Positions 1 through 9,900 of a stretch of DNA of 64,000 nucleotides are shown here, one piece after another. The stretch lies in sequence record OR050627.1; one strand, 5' to 3'. Position 1 is the stretch's first letter. Every line of letters begins with the position of its first letter. The notes under the pieces are model-generated. The model had not been told where the DNA came from, ran no database searches, and saw only the letters and a program-made list of their open reading frames with translations. A program made the translations under genes and the position numbers.

Positions 1-1215
1 TCTGACAAATACAAATTTGACATTCTAGCCAAAGGTGGCAAAAAATGTGCAATGGGTGTTTATGACAAAACTAAAAAGATTGCAATATTGGATGTTAATG
101 ATGAACATAAAGGAACTTCATTACTTGAGGCTAAAATGATCAATGAGAGCGCAGGCATTGAAAACTTCTTTGCATCTATGGGCGCTACGTTCAGCAAAGA
201 GTTACGTACAGATGGCACTTACAAATACCAAGTCACTGGCTTAGTAGGTTATGCTAATGAGGCTACTGAAGTGCCTAACACTGCCGATCTAATTGCATTT
301 GAGATTCTTAAACTATACGGAAACTTCAAAGAAGCTACAAGGCTTTCACGTTCAGTAGTTAAGCAAGCATTACGTAACGTTATTGACACGTTGAAAGTTG
401 ACGACTCTTGGTTAACTGACGAATCAAAGTTTATTTCGCTTTTTGAAGCTATCGACACTATGAGAGTAGACTTTGGCCTAATTGACGAATCAATACCTCA
501 GCAAGAAGCTAAAATTGCCGGAACTAAAGCTAAGATAGCAGAAATTAAATCAGAAGCTAAGGCTGCTTCAGCTAACGCATCTTCTAAAATTTCTACAGAA
601 AAGGCTAAGCTTGCAAATGCTAAAGCTACTTTGAAAAACCTTAAAAAGTCAAAGTCGTTAAATGAATCTAAAGCACCTCAAGGTGTAGGCGGAAATGTTT
701 ACGTAGTACCAAACTCGTCTTTCCAAAATCCTTGGCTGACTCATAAACTTGAAACGTCACAAGGCATGAGAGGATATCAGTTTGCAAATCAATTTAAGTC
801 TAACATAGTTAACGCAGACATTATGGTTGACTATTATTTGCCTAAAGATGACAATGTTGTTAATGAAGTTGGTATGGATACGGAAGGAACTTCAAAACCG
901 CAAAAATCTGAAATTATAGCTACGCCAGTTTCAATTTACATTAACGAAAACAACGTACTTTGTTTCAATGAAAATCCGATCCCTTCTGAAATTGCAGAAA
1001 ACGGTCAAATTGGCTCAGTTGCACAATTCAAGGAATATGCTAAATACATTCTTGGAGGAGGCATTCCTGGTGCAGAATCTGCATGCGAAGAAGGCCCAGT
1101 AACTGAAGAGGATATTGCAAAAATTGACATTATTTGTGATGCATGCGGTGAAAACTATGGCGCTATGATGGGTAAATTTGATGATTATCTTAGTCAGAAA
1201 GCTTCCAATTGCTAA
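1..1215 (+). CDS. Hypothetical protein, 5'-truncated by window edge; possible virion/internal head protein
   Basis: Frame is open from position 1 (SDKYKFDILAKGGKKCA precedes the ATG at 52); coiled-coil K/A-rich middle; several (I/L)NES motifs. Confidence 0.7.
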   Translation, partial: SDKYKFDILAKGGKKCAMGVYDKTKKIAILDVNDEHKGTSLLEAKMINESAGIENFFASMGATFSKELRTDGTYKYQVTGLVGYANEATEVPNTADLIAFEILKLYGNFKEATRLSRSVVKQALRNVIDTLKVDDSWLTDESKFISLFEAIDTMRVDFGLIDESIPQQEAKIAGTKAKIAEIKSEAKAASANASSKISTEKAKLANAKATLKNLKKSKSLNESKAPQGVGGNVYVVPNSSFQNPWLTHKLETSQGMRGYQFANQFKSNIVNADIMVDYYLPKDDNVVNEVGMDTEGTSKPQKSEIIATPVSIYINENNVLCFNENPIPSEIAENGQIGSVAQFKEYAKYILGGGIPGAESACEEGPVTEEDIAKIDIICDACGENYGAMMGKFDDYLSQKASNC

Positions 1216-1248
1216 CAAAACGTTAAGCATAAATAACGTAACGACTAC

Positions 1249-1281
1249 AAAAGCCTGAACTAACATAACGTTCAGGCTTTT
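1249..1281 (+). terminator. Rho-independent terminator
   Basis: AAAAGCCTGAAC...GTTCAGGCTTTT inverted repeat just after the stop codon. Confidence 0.75.
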
Positions 1282-1395
1282 AAAACGTTCTACAACATTT
1301 TGCAAAAGCTTTACTTACGTTAAACCTTACTTACGTTAAGCTACATTTAGCAAAAGCCTAACAAAACGTATACATACTAAAACATAACAAATACA

Positions 1396-2697
1396 ATGTC
1401 AAATTACATAAATGAAGCAATGTCACTTAATGGCAAAGTGGCATATAACGAAGGCCAAGTAGCTTTCAAAACTAACACTGCGTTCTCCATCATACAGCAT
1501 TTAGCTTGGCAATACAACGACACTTACGTTGGTAGTGTTAAGACGATAAAAATGCCTTACGAAATTAAAGCCAAAGCAGTTAAGCAACTTTCATTAAATG
1601 GAACTCCTTGCATTTTTAGAGAACTTGGTGAACTTGAAACATTCCAGTCTGTAGGTGAATTTGACTTCCTACAAATGGTTTATATGTTCACTGACAAGCC
1701 TGAATTGCTACAATACATTGACCAGTCATACGTAGAATTTGGAATTTTCTTACAAAATGGCACATGGTGGTTTGTTGAAAAGCAGAACAACGCTAAGCTT
1801 TTTGAAGAAATTGACGAACTTAACGTTGGCTACTACAACCTAGATTTGCCAACAGCTAAGCTGCCAAAAACAATTTCTATGATTGATTCTGTTAGTCAAG
1901 GCAAAACTGCATTACGTACATATGCAAAAGACAATGCACTTACTGATTTTGTTATATCTACGTTTACTACGCCAATGGCAGTACAACTTAATGCGTATCC
2001 ATCAATAGCTAAATTTGCATCATTTGCTCCAGATGCTAACGAATTTACTAACCAACTAATTTCTGTAGTTTTAAAAGAAGAAACGGAAGTTCCTTACTTA
2101 CTTGACAAAACTTCCGAGCATATGGTATTGTTAATATGTGTAGATGGCGTAAACAAATGGTTCAAAATTTCAGCATCAGACGTTCTTGCTGCAATTAGCA
2201 AAAATCAACAAAACTTTTTTGTAGATAGCGTTAAGAACTCACTAGAATCTAGCAGATTAAATGCTGGATTAAAATCAGATGACTTGTATGCAGCAATTAA
2301 ACGTTTACGTGCGGTAGCATTATTCAACAATTTGCTACAAGATACTGGTTACTCTGGCTATTATTACGTTAAGAACAACTCACATACACTAAAGGCTGAT
2401 GCTTTCAACAAATTCAGCATTAATTCTCAAGGTTATGTTAACCAGATTTTTAATGACAAGGACTTAGTGCTTTACAAGGACACTATAATTTCATATAGCG
2501 TCGATCTTAAAGCAGGCATCGTAGTTATTGGCTATCCTGCGTTAAACCATACTTGCTATATAACGTCAATTGATCAGTTGCCAGAATTGCAAAATGAATT
2601 CCTGGATGGCAATGCTAAACTGGACACAGTAGTTTCAATTTCCGACATCTACTTTAAGGACAACGGTTCCAAGAAAGGCGATGGCGGTAAAAAATAA
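1396..2697 (+). CDS. Hypothetical protein (433 aa)
   Basis: Long ORF with A-rich leader; N-terminal MSNYINE-A motif. Confidence 0.75.
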   Translation: MSNYINEAMSLNGKVAYNEGQVAFKTNTAFSIIQHLAWQYNDTYVGSVKTIKMPYEIKAKAVKQLSLNGTPCIFRELGELETFQSVGEFDFLQMVYMFTDKPELLQYIDQSYVEFGIFLQNGTWWFVEKQNNAKLFEEIDELNVGYYNLDLPTAKLPKTISMIDSVSQGKTALRTYAKDNALTDFVISTFTTPMAVQLNAYPSIAKFASFAPDANEFTNQLISVVLKEETEVPYLLDKTSEHMVLLICVDGVNKWFKISASDVLAAISKNQQNFFVDSVKNSLESSRLNAGLKSDDLYAAIKRLRAVALFNNLLQDTGYSGYYYVKNNSHTLKADAFNKFSINSQGYVNQIFNDKDLVLYKDTIISYSVDLKAGIVVIGYPALNHTCYITSIDQLPELQNEFLDGNAKLDTVVSISDIYFKDNGSKKGDGGKK

Positions 2698-2760
2698 ACA
2701 GTAATTTAATATGCCGAATATGCTTAGACTTCGCACAAATCATTCGGTTTTCTTAAATCA

Positions 2761-2783
2761 AAGCAGGCTTCGGCCTGCTTTTT
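2761..2783 (+). terminator. Rho-independent terminator with UUCG tetraloop
   Basis: AAGCAGGC-TTCG-GCCTGCTT followed by a T run. Confidence 0.85.
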
Positions 2784-2795
2784 AAAGCTTAAAGC

Positions 2796-3014
2796 ATGAC
2801 ACATATACACATAACAGATTCCTGGATAATTAAAAACGTTAACAATCCAGAGTTAGTATTAGAACGTTTTGAAGCGTCTGAAGTAGTTTATGCTACAACT
2901 AAACTTACGCAAAGCATAGATAACGTAATTGCTAACAAAACGTTATTACGTAAAGACGTTATACATACAATATCAAACATAATCAAACAATACCACAAAG
3001 AACTGTACTCATAA
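2796..3014 (+). CDS. Hypothetical protein
   Basis: 72-aa ORF packed against the next gene. Confidence 0.55.
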   Translation: MTHIHITDSWIIKNVNNPELVLERFEASEVVYATTKLTQSIDNVIANKTLLRKDVIHTISNIIKQYHKELYS

Positions 3015-3015
3015 T

Positions 3016-3861
3016 ATGCTAAATACATTTACAAATATGACGTCCGCCAATAACAATGAATTCTTAAATGAATGTGTTATTGCTGCTAAGAAATTCGATG
3101 GCCACTTTATTATTGCAAAAAATCGTGACCGTCCGTACGATCCATCATTAACGTTAATCCACGAAATTATTGACGGTATTGAAACTGTGTGGATGGTTGA
3201 TGAAGATACTGACTGGTCAGAAGGTATGAATGAATTTGGCATTAGCATAGTTAATTCGGCGCTTATGGTTGCTAGAGATGAGGCTGAAAAGAAAACTGCC
3301 AAGAAAGAAGGCAAAAAGTTTTTGAAGGACGGCACAATAATTCGTGAAGCGCTAAAGCATTCTGATGTTGAAAAGATCATTGACATTATCATAAGCAAAG
3401 ACGGCGGGCTTAAAGGTCATACTTTCGTTTGTACAAAAGATGAACTTTATGCAGTTGAATTGACTTCTAAACATCAGCCAGAAGTTCAAAACATTTCTGA
3501 TTCTGACAATGAAGTTAGGACTAACCACGGAATCAAACATACTTCTGCAGGTTACCAAAAAGGCTTGTCATTCAAGTCATCTGCAATTCGTAAAAATTCT
3601 GCAATTGCTCAGATTAGTAAAGCTAATACGCCTGAGGAAGTTCTGCAAAGAATGCGTAAACGTCTTTATAAAAAGGATTCTATGCTTAATATGAAACGTG
3701 ATACTAAAAAGCTTTGGACATCTTCGCAACTTATGATGGACCCGACAAATCTGACCATTAAGCTAGTAGCATTTTCTGACAAAACTCAGGATTTGAAAAT
3801 TGACAACAGATTGCCAGAAGGTTATGTGCCTAAAATCAAACTTGAATTGCAAGTTATATAA
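3016..3861 (+). CDS. Ntn-hydrolase-like protein (peptidase C45/NRDE-like fold)
   Basis: CVIAAKKFDGHFIIAKNRD start motif (Cys nucleophile plus KNRD), then W-x-EGMNE-x-GI-x-I-x-NS and RTNHG, typical of Cys-Ntn hydrolases. Confidence 0.65.
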   Translation: MLNTFTNMTSANNNEFLNECVIAAKKFDGHFIIAKNRDRPYDPSLTLIHEIIDGIETVWMVDEDTDWSEGMNEFGISIVNSALMVARDEAEKKTAKKEGKKFLKDGTIIREALKHSDVEKIIDIIISKDGGLKGHTFVCTKDELYAVELTSKHQPEVQNISDSDNEVRTNHGIKHTSAGYQKGLSFKSSAIRKNSAIAQISKANTPEEVLQRMRKRLYKKDSMLNMKRDTKKLWTSSQLMMDPTNLTIKLVAFSDKTQDLKIDNRLPEGYVPKIKLELQVI

Positions 3862-3864
3862 AAA

Positions 3865-3910
3865 TAGTTGACATAAAATTTTCAAATGTCAAATAATTTT
3901 TATATATTTG
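3865..3910 (+). promoter_or_regulatory. Conserved phage promoter (TAGTTG-N15-ATGTC-N12-TATATTTG)
   Basis: Bacteroidota -7 box TAnnTTTG at 3903-3910, ATGTC at 3886, TAGTTG at 3865; the motif recurs at least 10 times. Confidence 0.75.
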
Positions 3911-3941
3911 CATTAATAAATAATCAAACAACATACACAAT

Positions 3942-4982
3942 ATGAACTTTAACAAAAATGAGGCCTACGGAATTGGAGGCGAAAAATTAACTTATAAGGG
4001 CCAGACTTCTACAGCCAATAAAGTATACCATGCATTCGTTAACGAATCAGGAAGTAATGTTTTCTTAACTGCTGAGCAGATTAACGAAGCCACAAACGGT
4101 TCTGCCGACGAAGAAGTTTACAATCAATGGGCCGAACTTTTACTTCAGCATATTGGCGTTACAAGAGCTAAAAAGTATCTTAATGCTAACGACATCAACA
4201 AAGAACTTAAAGCTATGCTTGATGCTAATCATGACATGGAGTCTGACATTCTTTACGATAAAGCAATGAACGCTAAGCTTATTGCTGCAGTAAGCAGACG
4301 TAGAAAGGCTGCAGGCTATGTTAATGAAAACGAATCTAGCGGCTTCATTAATTTCATTAACGAGCATTTTGAGCGTAGACGTTTTGGTTCGCCAAACTTT
4401 GAAGTTACTGACAGATTAGATAGTCAGCTTGATGGCGATGAAGTTATGGCAATTGCAGAAAAATATTGGAAAGGAGTTTCAAAATCTATCAGCTATCAGA
4501 ACAACGTAGCATATGATGCTCAGAAAAAATTGGCAAAATATTTTAACGATAACAGGGCATCTATTGACAAAGCAGATTTTGATGTTTTTGCATCTGAATA
4601 TATTGCTGCATCTAAACGTAAATTAGATAATAAGCCTGCGTATACGCCGCCACCTGCAAACAGAATGGAGACTTATGCAGATTTCATTACTAAAAACTTC
4701 CCAGTTTTCAAAGGATTTAGGTTTCCGGAAGTCAAGGGCGACAAGCAATTCGAAGACACTCTTTATGTAAAAGTTAAGCCTGCAGATTATGGCGCATTAG
4801 CACCGCTATTTAAAGATATTACTGCATACATTTACATTCAAATAAATTCAAATGGTTCTGGTGATGTATCTTATGGACTTAAAGGTACTACAGTTCAAAC
4901 TGGCAAAGAAAAACAGATTTACAAAGCTGGTTGGAATACTAAAGATGGAGGCAAAACCTTCAAAACTTTAGGTTGGGACTAA
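3942..4982 (+). CDS. Hypothetical protein, candidate processed head protein
   Basis: 346-aa ORF with several (V/I)NE motifs; C-terminus resembles the downstream interrupted ORF (DGGK[T/N]FK). Confidence 0.75.
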   Translation: MNFNKNEAYGIGGEKLTYKGQTSTANKVYHAFVNESGSNVFLTAEQINEATNGSADEEVYNQWAELLLQHIGVTRAKKYLNANDINKELKAMLDANHDMESDILYDKAMNAKLIAAVSRRRKAAGYVNENESSGFINFINEHFERRRFGSPNFEVTDRLDSQLDGDEVMAIAEKYWKGVSKSISYQNNVAYDAQKKLAKYFNDNRASIDKADFDVFASEYIAASKRKLDNKPAYTPPPANRMETYADFITKNFPVFKGFRFPEVKGDKQFEDTLYVKVKPADYGALAPLFKDITAYIYIQINSNGSGDVSYGLKGTTVQTGKEKQIYKAGWNTKDGGKTFKTLGWD

Positions 4983-5001
4983 CATAAATACATTAAGCAG
5001 C

Positions 5002-5343
5002 ATGAAAGGATTTTTTATTAACGAAGCTACTGAAAGCTTCGATTCTAAAGATACGGTAGCATTTATTAACAAAACATTCCCAGGAATTTCAACAAAATTC
5101 TTGCCGGCTAACTTCATGACTAAAATGAAGTACGAAAACAGTAACATTATTGCTGACAAGGAAATGTGAATTTTCTCAGCAGTATTAGCTGATTGTATCA
5201 GCAAACTGACTGTTAGAACTTTTGGAGTTAATGAAGTTGAGATATTATTTGACTTAAGCTATGAACTTAAAAACCGTAAAAGCAATGGAATGTCAGTTTC
5301 TTACACATCTAGCGATGGCGGTAAGAACTTCAAAATTCAATAA
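5002..5343 (+). pseudogene. Small INE-motif protein interrupted by an in-frame TGA (not in the ORF track)
   Basis: ATG 5002 MKGFFINEATES...KEM, TGA at 5167-5169, same frame continues IFSAVL...SDGGKNFKIQ to TAA 5341-5343, followed by a terminator. Confidence 0.65.
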
Positions 5344-5360
5344 GCATACTTTAAAATAGC

Positions 5361-5393
5361 AATGCCTAGCACTTTAGAGTGCTAGGCATTTTT
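5361..5393 (+). terminator. Rho-independent terminator
   Basis: AATGCCTAGCACT-ttag-AGTGCTAGGCATT plus T run. Confidence 0.85.
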
Positions 5394-5443
5394 GTACATT
5401 TAAGCTAGCCGAATAAATAATAAAACTAAACAAATTTTTTATA

Positions 5444-5842
5444 ATGGCATTTGACTTTAAAGATATTTTGTACGACAGAGTCAGATTTGAAACGCCAGGA
5501 ATTCCAGGTAATGTAGTTATTGAGGACGGTTTGGTACGTCAAACGCAAATGCCTGATGGCGACATCGACAATCTTTTTAAGTACATTTACATTTATGCAG
5601 GTGATGGCACGCCTAGAAAAATACCAGCTACTTCAATTGCTAGTGTTTATTATGCTGATGGTCAGCTATCATCAAACAGAACAATAGACACTAACGGATT
5701 TACTTTTGCAATATCCGGACTAACTAAACAAACAACCAATCTAAGTAACTACACAGTAATGCTACAGGATGGCAATGCTAATATGCATGTAGCAGATGCT
5801 AGTGAATTTGTTAACAACGTATATACAGAAACTGATTGGTAA
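5444..5842 (+). CDS. Putative tail/structural protein
   Basis: First gene of the fibre module; C-terminal T/N-rich fibre-like segment. Confidence 0.6.
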   Translation: MAFDFKDILYDRVRFETPGIPGNVVIEDGLVRQTQMPDGDIDNLFKYIYIYAGDGTPRKIPATSIASVYYADGQLSSNRTIDTNGFTFAISGLTKQTTNLSNYTVMLQDGNANMHVADASEFVNNVYTETDW

Positions 5843-5902
5843 CAAAACACGACTTGACCTAAAAGACTACATAAAAATCTAACATATAACAAAACAACAC
5901 TA

Positions 5903-6826
5903 ATGGCAAACAAGGCTGTAGGGATGTTATGGAAGACCGCACTACCGGCTGTAGCGGACTTACTCCCAAATTCAATTTATTTTATTAAACCGGCTACTGG
6001 TGTAAAACCAGGAGTATTCGTTACGAACAATGATGCTTCACAGGTTATGCAAATTAACCCTGATACTATTGTCGGGGACTTTGTTGCCAAAATTAACGGC
6101 ATAGCGCCAACAGACGGTAATGTTAATTTGGACATTGCGTTTAACGCTACTACTGGAGTGCTTACATTTACTGGAGGAGCTAACCAAGTTAACCTTGACG
6201 CTAGGTACGTTAAGAAGGCAGATTTTGCACCTTGGCAGTCTACTACAGATAATAGACTTACTGCATTAGAAGCGTTAGCTGCTACAGGACTAAAAACTCC
6301 AGTTGCATTCGATGCATCAGCCAATGCAACGTTCCCTACACAAGCACAAGGTTTTACGTACAAAGTTACTGTAGCAGGTACAACTTCAGGAGTACTACTT
6401 GAAGTAGGAGATACAATTATTTACGACAAGCCAGGAAATACTAACACACCTTATGTCGTTCAGGCAAACATTGATGCCGCAACTACAACAGTAAAAGGTA
6501 TCATCAGAATAGCTACACAAACTGAAGTTAACAACAAAGTAGTAGGTTCGTTAGTAGGCGATGCTTCCGTAACGCCACTTACGCTTTACTACAAACTAAA
6601 TGCTTGGCTAGCAGATATTACTGCATCTCAGACTGACGTAAACGCCGGAACTCGTAATGATGTTTTCGTTACTCCTGCTACTTTAAAAGTTAGGCTAGAC
6701 ACTATCGTAGCTAGTTTACATACCCACACCAACAAAACTCAGCTAGATAAAATAGGAGAGGATGCTGGCGGTAATATGACTTATGGTGGCAAGCCAGTTT
6801 ACACTCTGCAAATTTCCGAGTGGTAG
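5903..6826 (+). CDS. Tail-fibre protein with T4 gp34/gp12-like repeats
   Basis: KGIIRIATQTEV...VTP and ASQTDVNAG...VTPATL repeats; HTH metal-binding fibre motif near the C-terminus. Confidence 0.7.
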   Translation: MANKAVGMLWKTALPAVADLLPNSIYFIKPATGVKPGVFVTNNDASQVMQINPDTIVGDFVAKINGIAPTDGNVNLDIAFNATTGVLTFTGGANQVNLDARYVKKADFAPWQSTTDNRLTALEALAATGLKTPVAFDASANATFPTQAQGFTYKVTVAGTTSGVLLEVGDTIIYDKPGNTNTPYVVQANIDAATTTVKGIIRIATQTEVNNKVVGSLVGDASVTPLTLYYKLNAWLADITASQTDVNAGTRNDVFVTPATLKVRLDTIVASLHTHTNKTQLDKIGEDAGGNMTYGGKPVYTLQISEW

Positions 6827-6843
6827 TGTAAATTAAAACTTTT

Positions 6844-6895
6844 AACGACAACAAATTCAAGCCTAGTACTTTTAAAAGTGCTGGGCATTTGTCGT
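6844..6895 (+). terminator. Long hairpin/terminator
   Basis: AACGACAACAAAT..GCCTAGTACT-TTTAAA-AGTGCTGGGC ATTTGTCGTT imperfect inverted repeat. Confidence 0.6.
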
Positions 6896-6936
6896 TGACT
6901 ATATACATACTTAAAATATAACATAACTTTTCGACG

Positions 6937-9900
6937 ATGCTATACAAATACACAACACTCCCGGCAGATACTTCAGCGTTACCAGTAGGCGCTTTGATTC
7001 TTACAAAGAGTGGTGACGGTTACATTCTTGACAATAATAAAGTTGCGGTGCCTTTCAAAGGTAATGTACTTACTACTACGCTAATAAACAATTGGAATGA
7101 CGCTTACACTAAAGCGCATGTGCATGCTAACAAAGATACGTTGGACCTTATTAGCTTACTTTCAATTCAAAAATGGGATGAGGCTTACTCACTAAAGCAC
7201 TCGCATACTAACCTGGCAACGTTAGAAACTATAACTCCTTCTAAAATTGCTGAGTGGAACAGTGCAATGAAGTTTATAAAAACATTGTCTACTGAGGACT
7301 TAGATACTGTAATTACTAACGGAATCTATACTCAGCCATCTAATGCCAACGCGACAACAGCAAATCACTATCCAATTGGTTACGCCGGAACGTTAACAGT
7401 GCTAGGCAATGGTACTAACCACATTGTTCAGGAATATGTTAGGCTTGCGTCAGGTGCTACTGGCAACGTAAAATATCGCAGATACTACTATGTTTCATCA
7501 GGATGGTCTAACTGGCAAAAATCGTTAGATGATCGTGATATTACTCAGGCAATGATTGATTCTTGGAATCTTGCAGTGTCTTGGGGTAACCACGCATCGG
7601 CTGGATATTTAACTAGCACTACTGGTGACGCTAGGTATCTAAAACTTACTGGAGGCACATTAACTGGTGATGTTGCAGTAACTGGAGGTAAAACATTTAC
7701 ATTCACTGCTACCGATGGCAAAACTTATGAAGTTAACGGTTCAGGCACTAAGCATACTTCTGGAGCTAACGTTTTCAGCACTAACTTTATTAACGCTACA
7801 ACGTATGGGCTGACTCATGGTACTCAGCAAATGCTAACCAAGGACATTACTAACAACATACTAAAAATTGGTAATGACACTGCACCTGCACAATTAAGAT
7901 TAAAATCTGCAGTAGGTCCAAATCCTACATCAACAGTACTTACTGATAGCAATGGTGACGTTTCTATAGTTCCTGCTTTACCGCTATTTACGAACTATCT
8001 TGAACCGCAACTAATTGCTAATGCTGATAGCGCAACAACAAAAGGCATAGAGCTTAACTACTTAGACTCTACTTCACTAAACAAACCTACTACATTAGCT
8101 AACGGAACGTTAATGTCGTTGAACATAAACAGTTCAGGAGGCTCGCAATTAGCAATATCAACATCAACTGATCCTGCAGTTTATTTCAGAACTAGATCAA
8201 ACACTACATTCGGTGGATGGACTAGGTTAGCTACAACTAACGATCTTACTGCAATTGGCAATGACTATATTAGCAAAACTACTAACGACTTACCTGCTAA
8301 TTCGGCTTGGTATGTTAAGAAAGGAACTTCTGGAATTGGTGTAGTAGATACTAACTTTATTGGATTGTTTGATGCTTCTACAAAAGCTTACGTTACTGGC
8401 GGAGTGCTAAAAATTGTTAATGGGGGTGTAGAAACTAATGCATTATCTACATTTAACGGAACGACTACGTTCAACAACAACACTACTTATGTTAACGCTA
8501 GTACGTTATTTATGTTAGGCGTGCATAACGCTACGCTAGGTATGCAAGGCAACGGCAGACTTTCCGTAACGTCTGGAAGTGCTAACAAAACCGGTAGTAT
8601 AATTGTTGAAGGAGATTCACCAATTATTGCAAGACCTGAAACTATAGTTAATTCTGATACTGTACTTGCAAACTTACCTGTAGGTACTCATGGTGCAGGT
8701 ACTAGCATAGGAGGCGTTAATGCATCATTCATAACTTTTGGTAGCCCAGTTACTGGAACTAAAACAAACTTGCTTGGCTCTACTACAGGCTTCTTGAAAT
8801 TCAGATCATCGTCAGGTGCTACTTTTAACGATTGGAAGTCTTTAGTTTCTTTTGAAGACTTACAATTAGCTACTACAGAAACTTCAGTTAGCTTAACGTT
8901 CAATGGCGTAACAAAGACTGCGCCAATAACTACCGGAACGTTAACTGGCGTAATGTACACAAACAACTGGACATTACCATTTGGTACAACTAAAGGTTAT
9001 ATTGATATTGAAATGCCGACGTCTACTACCGGTGACATAGTACTTACGTTAGTAGGCTACTGGGGTAACGAACGACAATCAGGTTCTGTTAAGTATCAAA
9101 TTGGATTTGGCGCAAATACTACTCAGATTTACGATCAGTATGCAAATATAGTTTCGGTTACAGGAGGTCAAGTTTTGTTAGATAGCTATGCAGTTAATTT
9201 ATCTGCGGCTATAGTGCTAGTTAATGCTAAGCCTTGTTTACGTATTTGGTGTATGCGTGATGGCATTTCACAAACTAACACAGTTAGGGCTTTCTTACAA
9301 ATAAAAACTAGACAAGGTACTCCGTTTACATCATTGGCTGATGTTAAGCCGTTAGCTTTCGTAGCAGAGCCTAACATACCAACATTTATGGACCTTGACC
9401 AGGCGCCTAAGTCAGTTTCATTTAATCAGATTGCAGTAAGATCATCTGCGCAAAATGATGACAACGCCGCAATTAAGCTTAAAACTGCTAGAATTTCAAC
9501 ATCGCCAACAAATACAAATGGTATTCGTGTAGTAGGTACATCAAATACTGCAGCAGGTTATCTTTATTTAGGTTCAGGTAACAATAGACTAGGAGTTGAT
9601 GACGGCTCAGCAAATTCGCCTTTGCTTTATAACTCATCACCAGTAGTTACAAGAGACTATGCTATAGCAAATGGTTTTATATTTTCAGAAGGCAATGCCA
9701 GAGGTACTATAAATGGAGTTTCTGCTGAAGTAGGACTTCCTGCTAACTCATTTAAACCAGTAAAATCAGGATTCTACAGAGCTAATGGCGAAAACAACTG
9801 GGGCGCATTATCGCTAAACATTGCACACCCATCGCAATCTAATGGAGGATTTATGGCAGGTATTGCTTTTGATTATTCGGGAGCTAATGCATACTTAACG

